From Marsupella aquatica (taxonomy: Eukaryota > Plantae > Marchantiophyta), in NCBI GenBank assembly GCA_973895155.1, contig OZ316894.1:16236699-16300698 (forward strand): a stretch of DNA of 64,000 nt. Direction: 5' to 3'. Position 1 is the stretch's first letter. Each line of letters begins with the position of its first letter. Both the position numbers and the translations under genes were made by a program. Below are positions 1-12,646 of the stretch, piece by piece. Under the pieces are notes generated by a model. The model was not told where the DNA came from. It made no database searches and saw nothing but the letters and a program-made list of their open reading frames with translations.

Positions 1-671
1 TCCTGTTTGTCACCATCCTCGCTGATGTGGCACATCCTTGTGCCAGGGATATTGCAAGGGATCCTAATAGGGGTCCGTAATAATTCACTCAAAATGAATA
101 TATTGACTAAAATGTAAATAAAGACTTGGCCACTACTTCTATCTTGGCCAATTTTCCAGGATCCATTTGAATCTTTAAACAAACACATCAAAATGGCAGC
201 CTTTTATAGTCAGGGTCTTCCTTTCATTAAGACCACTCAGGTCTTTTAAGTTCTACAAACCATTTTAATAGGCTCTGACTCTGACATTGATATTTTGGAA
301 GGTTGGTATAAGGTGTGCATTATGATGCTTTAGGAAGAACATAGACAATGTTAACTTCCTTCATGATTTTCTCATTCTAATTGTGTACTTTCACTAAATT
401 GAACGAAACAAAACTTTCCGGCCTTAAGTTTACTAATGCCTTGTTACAAGGGAATTATGAGCAATAACAGCTTCTCAAAACTTGAGCTAAGCTCTTTTGG
501 GTGGCCTTATGATCCTCAATGCCTTTTACAAGGACATTACTACATACAGAACTTTACAAGTTCCAGCTTCTCCAATCAAGAATCTAGGAACAAAAATATA
601 AGGTCTGCCAAGAGGGGGACCATACAAATTGTGAACTGGTGGGAAGTGCTAAGCTCTACCTTCTGACTGTG

Positions 672-1220
672 CTACTTAAGTCAGTTGGATAGGGGATTAG
701 CCTGGTCCTAAAGGACACAGGAGTGTGGAGGATACATGTGTGTGGGTGAGCTGGGTTTTCTGGGTAGTGGATGGGAGTTTTGACTATCTCCTCGGCCCCT
801 GGTTGTCCACTTTGTGGTCCTGATTCTCGGGGGGGGGGGGGGGGGTTGACTATAAAAAATCTTAGGAACCACGTGCGATCCAAAATAGGTATTTTTGGCA
901 TATTTAACTAAATTTTTAAAAAACGTAGGAGGCAAAAGAAGGTATTATAAACTCATGTTTATAGAATATTCTTTAATATATACCCTTTATAAAGTAAAAT
1001 AGGTTATTAATATTGAAAATAGAGAATATTCTTAGAATATTTAAAATAGGTCTATTTATATTAGGCTAGGATCGCACGTGGTACCCCAAAATATACACTT
1101 AGTTAACCCCCCGAGTCCTGATTCAATCATCTCTCTCTTCTGGTGTGGGTCCCTATTGGATAGGTGGGGGCCCACCCTAAAATGTGTTCCCTACAATGAA
1201 TATATGTCACTATTGGGGTG
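672..1220 (+). mobile_element. SINE-like copy interrupted by MITE
   Basis: Head AGTCAGTTGGATAGGGGATTAGC and body match the 36120-36745 copy in reverse. Confidence 0.5.
827..1114. mobile_element. MITE with 10-bp TSD (Mutator-like)
   Basis: TIRs TCGGGGGG..GGTTGACTA..ACCACGTGCGATCC / GGATCGCACGTGGT..TAGTTAACCCCCCGA; perfect TSD GTCCTGATTC (817-826, 1115-1124); AT-rich core. Confidence 0.85.
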
Positions 1221-4200
1221 TGGAGAGTCTACCAAATGTTTTTCATTTTTTGCATTAGTGTTCTTCCTTATCTGCATTCAAGACAAACAAAAAAGTGAGA
1301 GGAGCTGGGAGGGAAAAACTACTTGAGGTAGAAGCAGCCAATTGATGTTTGGGCAGGCTTCAAATTTTGGGGGAGAGGTCTTCATCAATGCTTGGGCAGG
1401 CTTTGAATTTTCCGGGGGAGAGGCTTTCGTTACGTACGCTCCCCTCATCTGAATCACTTACTGCTGGTTATAAGCAATGCCCGCAATGCTCAAGAACCTC
1501 CCTACACACTAGGAAGCAGGGCATAAGTGCCCCTCACCAAAGCAAATTTCACTAGTTTTTGTCTCAATCACAGGGTCCCAACCAGCAAATTTCTCTTCCT
1601 GGAAGCATACCCATCCCCAAATGGTCAAGTAAAGGTCTTTTACTGTCAAACAGGCTGTCAAATGGAGCCACACAGTAAGGGTGGCTTTACAAGAGCTTTG
1701 GGGCCGCAATTACTTTTTTTCAAAGTGTGAGATGCAATCATAGCCATTCATATGTAAAAGCTTTCGCTTTACATGAACTTGGGGGCACAATCAAGCAAAA
1801 CCATTACCAAACCTAATCATCTTGCAATGGGTCTCTTGTGGGTCTCTTATGTGTGAAATGTTTTTTTGTCAAAAACTTAGATTTACACTGGGGGTGGTCT
1901 AAAACGCTGGAAGCAAATTGCAGCTTCTTTTCAGGGAATATGGGGGGAATATCTTTGATTATTTCCAGACCTCTAAGGCATTTTCAACTTTTGTGTAAGG
2001 AAATGGCCATCAGCTTTGGATGGAGAGACACGTAACCCCACCTTGTAAAGCCCCCCTAAGTTGAACCTCCTAACAAATTCTCGCTCCCAGCCAGTCATAG
2101 AGTGCCTTGAGTCCTTGACCCTTTCAACTGAAGCAAGTACAGTAGATACTTGCCAGTTAATTAATGACTGAGCGACAAGGCTATCGACCGATAGCTATAC
2201 ATGAGGGTTCCAAATTTCAAACAGAAACACAGGTTATCGGTTAATCGACGCCCTCGGAAATGCTGAGGCTGTACAAGCTTGCACCTTAATTCTTAAAGCA
2301 TCCTGGCTTCCGGGTATGTTCTGTATTTCTAGCAGGAACCATTTCAATCAAGTTGTTGTCGAAGAATAGGGAAACTTTGTTAATTTGTTTCGACATGGAG
2401 TTTGTGAACAATGTAATTTTTCCCCTTGCACGGCGTTGCACCTGTGCAACTAACATACGTCGATAAACCATTCATATTTGACCGAGGCTCCTTGTGTATC
2501 GAGCGACACGAATCAGTGAATTCAGAGGCCACCTTCCATAAGGAGATCACAAAGAAGAGATTACACAATTGTTTTAGCTTCATTTCTGTTGTGACCTTCA
2601 TTGATTGGAGATTACACTATTACGATTTTCATTACGTAATTTTAATTACTCAATCATTCTCCGAGATGATTAAAAAGGCAACTTCTGCAAGGAGATTACA
2701 AACTTAAGAGGAGCGACACAAGGATTATGAGAATTATTTCCGTGTGCAAAACCATCAATTTCGCCCTGGATTCCGCCATTGAGGTAGCATGAAGGTAATT
2801 AGTCATGTTCCAATAAGTGTGGTATCAATATTGAACACACTTATATTGTAACAGCTTCTCATGTTCGCGCCATTTCTTACAAAGAAAAATCGGCTAGGGA
2901 CCGTCCAAAAAAAATGTGCGTGCGGCAACTACTGTAACCCGCTTTGACGTTCACAAAGAAGCATCATGCGGCGGGTTCCGGGGCGGGATTTGTAATCATC
3001 GCTAAGAAAAACTAAAAAGCCATAATCCTGAGTTCATACAGGGCTAGGGAAATAGAGTATGCTATTTAAAATCAAGGAAGTCCAGCAGTAAAAAATCGAA
3101 AGATTGGCGTCGAGGCCAAGAAGTAAGCTAATTCCGTGTATTAGTCGGGATCATGACCATTACTTCGCTCAGCTCATATACTGCTTTGAAGATTATGCTC
3201 AAACTGAATGTACACTTGATAGAGGCGTTGTTCTCTGCAAATCATCAGGGTCCTGATCGTCTCCCACGGGCCACAACCCAGGAGGAGAAATATCACGCAG
3301 TGTAAAAAGAAGGCCTCGTCGGCAGTCACTGCGACAGGCGTGATCACCTTTCGCATGCGATGCATCGTCGCGAAGACTCCTCAACTGACCTGCAATACGA
3401 TTGGACATGCAGTCAAGAGCTGCTGTAAGTGTCGTAATTCTTCAAGGGATACTACATCCCTGTATTGTAGAGATACAAATTGTTTTGGTACTGCTGATAT
3501 ACTACAGTCTGCGGAATTACAAGTTGATCTTGTTTCCCTTTCAACTAAGTTATAAAAATCTACCCTTACCCGGCGGCGACATCAAAAGCGCGATAGACGG
3601 CGAGGTTTTGGTGCCCAAGTCCTCGTTCAGATCACCTACAGTCAAGACAGGGAGAGGTCAGTAAAGCAGCCGTGTACAATTGTGAATTATGTAACTTTCA
3701 CAATCCAAAATATCGAGGAGCTTAATTGCTTTGCACGATATTTCAACATGTTAGCAGTGTGATCCATCATCAGCAAATGTCAGAAAGACTGCTACAATAG
3801 CTGACACAGTGCGGAATAAGATTATGTACTACCGTAACAAACAATGCAATAACTCTATTGTAGAACAGCGGTGATAGTAATATATCTTAGGCATGCGGTT
3901 TACAGACATGACATCAATTTGCACTTCCTCTCCGCAAAACAACGCATTTTACATAATTCAAGAGCTCTCACTTGGCGGCCAAAAAATCAAAGACCTCCGA
4001 GAGGGGAGATCAAGCAAGAGGTTTTGCACGAATGGCTCTACATTTAAATCCTGTCAAAGCAGTTTAAATTGTGTCATCAAGTTGGTGATATGTGTGGAGT
4101 TCAGCATTTGCCACCATCATGCAGTCCAGTGCAAGTTCTGCTGATGATCGCGCATGTGACCCTCACGGAGAGCGTCGAACAAAAACGGGCACAAAGATTG

Positions 4201-5812
4201 ATCTCCAGATGGTGAATCGGGAAATGACGGTAGGATTTCGTACCTCTCGCCAAGGTACCGAAAGGCGAATACGTGAATCCCAGGAGATTGATTCTGACCA
4301 ATGCAGCAGAACGAAGAAGAACGCGCAGTTCCATATCCAAAAACGAGAAAAGGGAATTCAGTGTAAATACACCAAAATCCGTGTGTGCACGATGGTCACC
4401 AAACTAAGGATTCGCTTGAAGCTCACCAACGGAGGTCGACTGAGTAAGATACGTTGGTGAGTGAGTCATTTGAGTGGACTCTGGGGAGAATGCGCTATTC
4501 ATGGGTTTGCAGACAGCCTAGCCCCGTACATCACTCACTGATCTCGGCCGTTCTCATTCCCAAAGAAATAAGTAACGAATTAAATATTGTCTCAAACAGT
4601 AAAAAACCAAGAAAGATGAATTTCACCAGCTACATTTGATTGTAAGACCAAACACAGCATGAATGCACCTACGCTAGGACGCTGGCATTCAATGTCTACG
4701 AATGCTTGACAGAGAAAATACCCTTGAAATTCATGTGTACATTCTATACTGGCATGTCTACGTAGAGTGTATTGTAAAACGGTGACAGCAAAGAACGTTC
4801 ACATTATTTCACGAGACGCAGTGTGTCAGCGCCCAGCTAAGCATGCACCCTCAGTATGACTGTTCCCTTGGTTCCTTTCTTTCCACCGGGAATGTTCGCA
4901 GCAGGATTTGCATTGAGCAAATGGGAACAGAGGGCCTCGAGATTTCACGGAATTTCCAATCCAGGTTTCAATGTGAGGGTTCGTCGCATGCCATAGTGCC
5001 ATACTAAAGAGTATCCTCCATTGTAGGCCCTCTACATCTAGAGTAGGCAAAGAGCAGTCCAATTGTAACTCTTATAATGACCAGGTGGGGCGATCCAGCT
5101 CATCTTGGGAAGCATGGGTACTGGAAAGGACCAACTGTAGATTATGGCTTGGAAGCGGAGATTCCCCTTAATTAAGACTGCCCATATCATGTAATATAAA
5201 TTATGCTTAGAAACAAACTACTGTCCTTGTCATCATGGTATTAATTAAATTCAAAAAAAAGCAGCAGGGGTGTGTTGACTGAGGAAGCTGAAGTTCCCAT
5301 CCACCACCATGTTAGACAACAATAATGATGCTCCAAAGGACCACTGCAACCCCACACACCAGTGGAGTTTTCTCCAAATCGATTGGATTCAGACAGTGGC
5401 AAGAAGGGAGAGAAAGGAATCTTGGTTGGGGGATGAGACGCTTCCCTTAGGCATGTGGGCCATGGAGGTATGGGGACACGTGCCGTGGGGGCATGGGAGT
5501 ATAGGGGACAGAGCCTGGCATGATCGAAGATGCAAGCGAGGGTGAGGAGCGAAGGGAAGCTGGGGATCAAAAAAAAAAAGGGGATAAAAAATTGAGTGGA
5601 AGGGCTGGGTCGAGGGAAGGAAAAAAAGGCGGATAAAAAATGAGTGGAAGGGCTGGGCAGAGTGAAGGAAGGAAAGGGGAAGAGATGAATTAAAAATAAG
5701 GTAGGGGGATTGAAAAAAAGAAAAACTTGTAAAGACAAAATATTAGGTTGTAATTGCAAATTCATGGAAAGGATACATGAATTTATTGAATGAATATGGA
5801 CTGCATGCATAT

Positions 5813-5845
5813 ACTACTACTACTACTACTACTACTGCTGCTGCT
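5813..5845. repeat. (TAC)n(TGC)n microsatellite
   Basis: tactactactactactactactgctgctgct. Confidence 0.9.
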
Positions 5846-6096
5846 CCAACAACAGGTTTGAAATGGGGAGAAGCAAGAGATTGTGAATTCATTTGTAAGT
5901 TGCAAACTGGGTTGCAGAGTTACAAGATCATTGTTGTCCATTCACATATAAAACCAAAAAGGACTCCCTATAGGATACAAAATTTAATTGCTTGGAGACT
6001 TTTCCATGTTTTCTAAATCACTAGAGTAAAGTCGCGATGGGAGACAAGCAAAAAATATGAACTATATGCATAAATTTAAGTCCGGAGGTCAGCATC

Positions 6097-6390
6097 TCGG
6101 AGGTTTCACTTCCATAAAAATGGCACATCACGTGCGATGAAATATAGTGTCATTTTATTGGTTGAAAGGGAAGACTTAAGAATTTTCTGGATAAGACAAT
6201 AGGGTCTTTTGAATCAAATTTTGAGACTTATAAGAATATTAGGGTCCTTATCACCAAAATTTTGGAATATTCCAAGAATATTCCAACTTTCTAGGGGTTG
6301 AAAAATAATAATAATGCTTATATTTTAGGGGGTCCAAGGCCTAAAAACATCGCAGGTGATAGGGAGGCATCCATATAATGAGACCCCCGA
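6097..6390. mobile_element. Related MITE
   Basis: TCGGAGG...ATCACGTGCGATG / CATCGCAGGTGAT...CCCCCGA; flanks GGTCAGCATC / GGTCAAGATC. Confidence 0.7.
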
Positions 6391-6463
6391 GGTCAAGATC
6401 ATTGTCGTTTGTCCAACAAAGAACTAAAGGAGATTATAGCCAAAAGCAATCTTGGAAGGAAGG

Positions 6464-6467
<4 letters not shown>

Positions 6468-6513
<46 letters not shown>
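6468..6513. repeat. (CT)n microsatellite
   Basis: About 22 CT units. Confidence 0.95.
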
Positions 6514-6517
<4 letters not shown>

Positions 6518-6939
6518 GATCATGGGGAGAATGAAAAGAAAAGGACCAACCAGCTTATACTTCAAAGTAGGACGCCTAGAGGTCACTATGGCTGAGAATA
6601 CCATAGTCCTTGTGTACCCAACAGGACCATGTATGTAGCTAGCATGGTAAACACATGCCTTGGATGAAACTACACTTGTATATATGCTAGGTTTCCATAT
6701 CATTGACAAATGCACCTGAAAGGGAGCTTGTGATCGCTAACATCCCAGCCATCCATACATCTCCACTCTATCTCCAGATCTAATCCAGGACATAATCTCG
6801 GTCCAAAACATTGAAGCAACCATCACCGGCCACATGGCAAATCCCTTGCGCTTGTGCAGGCCCTGTCAATTCCTTTGAGTTTCAGCTTTGTCATCGTATT
6901 CCCCAGGCAGGGTATTGAACACATTAGCTCAGCCCTTAG

Positions 6940-8404
6940 AGTTGCAAAACTCGACTACCTTAACACTTAGCTCCGGCGTCGCTGACTCCGACGCCGAGCT
7001 CCCTTATGGACCAGGCCCAGATAGGCCATCCCGGGAGGACTTAGCATGGGGAGACTTGTGGGCAATGAGAAGTGGCGCTAGCAAAGGCAAGGCGCCAAGC
7101 TGGTGTCATGCACTAAGGACTTAGACTAGCTATGGGCTGGTCGGGTCGAGGGGAAAAGGGTCGGGCTCAAGGTTGACCGCCCGGACCCCCGGACGGACTT
7201 TGAATCCTAAGGGCTTGAGTGAGAGCTCCTCTTGGGCCCAAGGCCAATGGAGTTGACGCAATCGGCAACGGACGCTTGGGGCGCAAGTTATGGCCCGATC
7301 CGGGTTGGGTCTATCGGGGGCCCCAAGCAGCAACAAGAACTGAGGGCCTAGGCATGAGCACTGGGTCGGCTCGATCGCAACGGGCTAAGGCACTCCGCTT
7401 GCGGACGCCTAACTAGGAAGTTATGGGCGTTGTCAATTGGTGGCGCGCTTAGACATGCGAGATAGGGTCCAGGTTGGAGGCCAAAAGTTTGGGGACCAAA
7501 GTTGGTCCAAGGGTGGCAGGTCTCCAAAAGCATATATGAGGGGAGTGGTGTCTCCTGGGGGCTAAGGGTGAGCCGGAGTCGTGAGCCACGGCGGTCGCGA
7601 CACTAAGAGAAAATGTCAAACGGAAACGGCCCCAACAGGAAGTTCGTTGGAGGACTTCTTGGATGCGTTGGAAAGATCTCAAGGAGGGCTACATCCTCCT
7701 GAGCTCAGCTAGGTCTGGGGTGCCATAGGTTCTTGGGGTTTGCGGGTGCTATCTCGCCCGTTTGCCAAATCCTGTCGAAATAGCAGCCAAGCCGCGTTTT
7801 GTCTCTCAAGGGAGCTTGCGTTGGGGAGGCAAGGCCAAGTAGGCGTGGAGGTTGAGTTCCAAGGGCACTTGGCCCCTAGATCATAATTGGGGCAAGAATT
7901 GGGAGTTGGTTGCTAAAGTTGGGGCATTCTGGTCCCGACATGTAGGGACAAGCTTTAGGACAAGTTACGCTAATTGGGCCATGAGGATGTCCTGGGGCAG
8001 GGCGGTCAGTCGATGATGGATAGGTACAAGGGAGAACCCGGGCTGCGCCCAAGGAAGGAACTGTTTTGGACGAACAGTGGACGTCGGTTCTGGTTCCGGC
8101 TTGTGGCATCGGGAGGACCTATCGTTGACCTACTTACCAATGTCTGTTGAGCTTGAGTTAAAGGATGCTAAACTTGGGAGATCTAGATCTTGAAGGGTTA
8201 CTTACCGAGACGCTTGGGTGCTTGTGCAGACAGTGAGGACAGTTGAGTAGCGGTCGGGTTGGAGAACAGGTATGGCTTCATATGGGAGGGCCCACTGGTG
8301 GTGCAAGGGGCACTAGGTTGTTTGATCGAGGTGTTCGGACACCAGGGGCACTTAGGCGTGGGTGCTGGGATCGGTGAGGACGCTGGGTGGCAAGGTCCAC
8401 CACT
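6940..8404 (+). mobile_element. Solo LTR of the same gypsy family
   Basis: Homologous along its length to the reverse complement of 49282-50724. Starts AGTTGCAAAACTCGACTACC, ends GGTCCACCACT, flanked by 5-bp TSD CTTAG (6935-6939 and 8405-8409). Confidence 0.92.
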
Positions 8405-8576
8405 CTTAGTCACCTTTCACTAGATTCTTGGGAATTCCAGGAAACAATCAAGTCACACTAGTGTTGCACTAATTTAAGCATTAAGCCAAGCTTAAGTTGG
8501 ACCATAAGAGTGCAATCTCAATAGACCAAGAGCAAGCACTCTTGCAAGCACTCATCATTTATACATGGACTACCAC

Positions 8577-9799
8577 TCAAGGGTTATGTCCACAAAATTG
8601 ACACATCACATGCAAGAAAGCATATGGTCATTTTATTGTTTCTAAGGGAAGACTTACAAAGATTTGCTGTAGAACTCTCTTTTTTTCCAAAGTAAAACCT
8701 GTGAAAACCCACTGGAAGGGGGGCCAAAGCAGCCAGAACAATGGCCAGGCCCCATCAAAGAGAGGCATGACACAAGGGACATGAAGACAGAAAAAAGAAA
8801 CGGTAACCTAAAGCAGTAAAGGTCAAATGTCTAAAGGCCATCTAAGTCACCAGCACGGACCACAGGTCAACAATGACAGCAAGAAGAACCTCTTTATTCT
8901 GAAGAACTACCCTCTAGCTAGAGAACACTCAGTCAAAAGAAAGGGCAGCAGTCTAAAGAACTATTCTAGAGAGCCACAACTCACCTAACTACCTAGAAGA
9001 GCTATTGCCCCTAGTAAAATCCCCTAAACAAGTTGCAACATTTTCACCAAGTCACAAAAGCATCCTTTTGTCCCAACCATCTCCTTCTCTTGGTGACCAC
9101 AACGTCCTTAGCAAGGAGGAGTCGCAAGTGCTTGCGACTGGGACCAAAAGTTGCACACAACCCATGAATGTTGTCAGCCATTTCAGAAAGGACTATATTC
9201 TTATCGGGGGGTTAAAAAGTTGTTCATTTCTAGCAGTCCATGAAGCTCACAAGACCTGATACATTGTGAAAGCCACAATTGAGTGTGTGTAGCTGGGGCC
9301 TTTGAAAGTGCCAAGTAGCTGCATAATCTCTGCTGGAAGCCAGAAGATAATACCAGGGAAAAACTGAAACGCCAAACTCCAGCATTTATGAGCAAATTGA
9401 CACGTGAAGAAGAGATGGGGAATAGATTCCAGTTCCATAGAGTAGATCTGGCACATACCATTCCTCTTCACAATTCTAAGGGCTTCTGGTTCCTGTAAAA
9501 AGTCCCTCTGCAAGTACTCTCCAAACTAAAGTACAGGATTTCAGGGATAAATCTAAAGTCCAGAGTGACAGCCATATTTTGTGACATTCCAGCTCCGTGA
9601 AAGCAGTACTATGCTTGAGAAATTTAGGGTCATTCAAATCCAATTTTAATACTTATAAGGATTTAAGATAGTGTTTTACAAACCAAATTTATCAATAGGG
9701 GTACAACCTTTCAGAAAACATTTTTTTTTAAGTTTTAGGGTGTACCTGACCTAAAAATGTCACAGGTGATCAGGGGGTTCCAAATAGTGTGACCCCCAA
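8577..9799. mobile_element. MITE of the same family split by a LINE fragment
   Basis: Left half 8577-~8657 (..catcacatgc..gtcattttattg..gggaagactta) and right half ~9650-9799 (acttataag..cacaggtgat..gaccccc) match the 6097 copy. Confidence 0.55.
8670..9640 (-). mobile_element. L1-type LINE 3' remnant (zf-RVT-like)
   Basis: CQIYSMELESIPHLFFTCQFAHKCW is the C..C...ES..HLFF.C.FA...W zinc-binding motif at the end of LINE ORF2. A short T-run at ~8680 may be the poly(A) tail. Confidence 0.7.
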
Positions 9800-9974
9800 A
9801 GACTACTAGAATAGGGGAGCCCTCCCCTTCTGGTCTGTTATGTGCATCTCTTCTTTCCCAGAGCACCCTCCCCGCGCATTGTGTCCTTGATGTGGAGGGA
9901 ATAGCTACGGATCTCAGCTGATTTGTGAGCTGATCTTGTTTAATTGGTGGCTTATGAGGATTCTTAGAGCATAT

Positions 9975-10090
9975 AGTCCCCTCGTGCATACTTCTAGGGA
10001 CCTGCCACCTTTGGACCAACTTTGGTCCCTTATTTTTGGCCCCCAACCGGTATCTAGTCCAGACCATAACTTATGGCTCGTACCTCTGTC
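9975..10090 (-). repeat. Diverged fragment of the same gypsy LTR family
   Basis: cccctc...gacctgccacc...ggaccaactttggtccc...ttggcccccaacc matches 50123-50195. Confidence 0.55.
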
Positions 10091-12646
10091 GGTGATGCTT
10101 CACATAGCATCAAATTTAGATCGATTGGGAGCTCATGTGGTGCTACCAATAACCACTCATGACCACCTTCCTTAAGACGCCTTCTTGACCTCAGGGGGGA
10201 ATAGTAATGGCTTGGCAATCGCGTCTCCTTAGAAACATGTCGCCTTTGGCATTGTGAACAAACAAACTTGGGAACAATGAATTAGTGTCAGCATTAGAGA
10301 ATGACTTTACAGAGGAGTCTTTGACAAGGATTGTATTGATTTTGTACAAACACATGCATCATCAAAAGCATCTCCAACTATTTTCAATTCCTTCGGAATT
10401 ATGTTTGCCTTCCCATCAGTAAAATCTGGCCTCTGACATTCAGTGTTGAATGCATCCTTCCAAGCCTTTTTGAGGCGTCCTTGGAGAGAGAGACTTGTGA
10501 CTGCTCAAGATTTCAAGGTGGAAATACATCAGTATATAGATCAGAACCTTGTTATATAGGGAACATCAGTCTTCCATGATACTAACTTAGAATGAATCAT
10601 ATGTACAAAGGTGAACACAGAACCAGGTATCTAGGTTGGTTTGCAGACGCAATCAATGACAATTGGGAAGTTTCTTGTTGGCAAGGGATACAAGCAGTGC
10701 AAGCAATTTCCTCTAATCCTCCACATAAAGGTACACTGTGCAACTTGCATGATGAAGAGAGAAAGGACCTAGCTTGGCTCCATCATTCTACACTATATAG
10801 GGGGAAGATGGAGAATCGGTTGACAGAGCCACATTCTGTACTGCCATTCTTGCCATATCTACTTCACTCCCTCACTCCCCTGGTTTCTCTTTTGTCATAC
10901 CCTCTTGTCAACATTGTTAGAGAATTTTCAGGTACGGGATACTGAAGCTCAAAACATAAGACTGATGCTTACTTGTGGACAGCTTATTGCAGTTTTGAGC
11001 CAAGTTCATGGAAGTGAGGTTGGTAGCATAAAGACTATCTTTAACTGAGAGAACACTTAGATCCGGTGACCTTTCATTGATGGGAGAAAAAGAGTTTGGC
11101 CACAAGTGAGTACCACTTCAAAATCAATTTCACTGGATAGGTCACTCAACAACACCATTGGATGAATTTTGTTGACTCGTTCACAGTAATCTGATTAAAT
11201 CCAACCCAGCAAATAATACCAGCAACAACCTCTGTCATTGCTACCTACAGCAAATTGCGCATAGTCAAAGCATAGATAGGAGACATACCTAAATTCCAAA
11301 ATTATAAATCTCCACTGCACACCTTGGATTTGCTTCAGAATGATGTCTTGTTTGTTTGTCCCTCTTTTGTTCTTGTTTGGTTGTCTCACTCGAGTGAGCT
11401 ACTTTATTGCAAAGCGCAACACAAATCACTTCCAAATAAGCTACTTGGTTGTCAAGTTGGTCCTCAATAATCAATTTAGTTGTTGGTTCAAAGCTCTTTG
11501 CTTGGTTTGTTTCTTCCCCAAACCAAAGGGTTTTGTCAGGTCTGTTGACCTGTTCTTGAAGGTAATGTTTGGGTTTGTGTTAGAAGTGGAACAAAGTTAA
11601 GCCCACTTGAGCAATTGGGCTTAGTGGTCAAGACGCAGCCTCTGACCAAAACTCAGGCGCTTTCGATTCCAGGCTGCAAGTCTATACACAGTGTTCCCTG
11701 AGTCAAGGTGCAGCCGCGACTTGATTTGGCCAATGCAAGTCCCAGTGCTATTCAGGTCCAAGTACCTTACGTGCGACACAAGTCCATGCGGGGAGCACAG
11801 TCAACCAACTCCCAACTTAGTGCCACTCCTTGGTCCAGACACAAAGTCTGGTGCCTGAGTGTTGCCCCAAGTGTCTCCAAATTCAAAGTGTCATTACATG
11901 CCACCCTGACATCCGTTGAGGATGTGCCCTGCAACAATATGTTGGATCAACGTGCTGCTCATCTCTAGGATATGGATTCTCCATGTATTTAGAGCATATT
12001 CACATGCCTTGCTTCCTTGCCTAGCAGTAATCATGAGATGGGTCCACAACACCTTTCACGACACAAATTGAGCACTGAGTATGGAGCTGAACCAAGACAA
12101 AAACCAGATGCACAGAGAATTAAGCTGAACCAAGTTGAAAACCACCTAACCAAGCCCAATCCTAGAGTGCAGAGAATCAATTTGAACCTAAATCAAGTGC
12201 AGGATCTACAAGATCAAAACAAGCTGAAAATGAGATATCAAGCAGAGCTCTGAAATCACCAACAGAGCTCAAGTGGAATTAATCAATGCAATGAGTTCAA
12301 GAAAAAATAAATATGTAGGAACCAGAGTTGGTCCTGGGTGACAGGTCAGCAAAATTCTATATGAGGGAGTTACCTTCACCCTTGCCATCATGAGCCTGCA
12401 ATCATGTTGACATCCATTGCAAGTTGACTGGCAACCAACAAATGAACCAGCAATGGTGGCACCTGAGGTTAAGCGATGGGTGCCTGGTTTGTATATCTAT
12501 CCCTGTATACCCAATGAGCTGAACCTCAAGAGCACTCCATCTTTGATATTGAAGCTTTAGAGAGAGGAGGACTAGAGTTATTTGCACATGCAGGTGGTTG
12601 TGAGAGCTTAAAACAAAATTTGCTAGATTGTTTGTAGTATATGGGA

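Noticed and set aside
1480-2160. Possible LINE ORF2 relic (GW.R....LGGL-like)
   Set aside because: Too degenerate to support by eye.
5241-5810. 189-aa F/P/S-rich ORF
   Set aside because: Arises from a purine/pyrimidine-skewed repetitive tract.
10200-11200. Coding-like composition with broken frames
   Set aside because: No recognisable family or consistent exon chain.
11609-11680. tRNA-like A/B boxes
   Set aside because: No convincing cloverleaf; at most a decayed SINE head.
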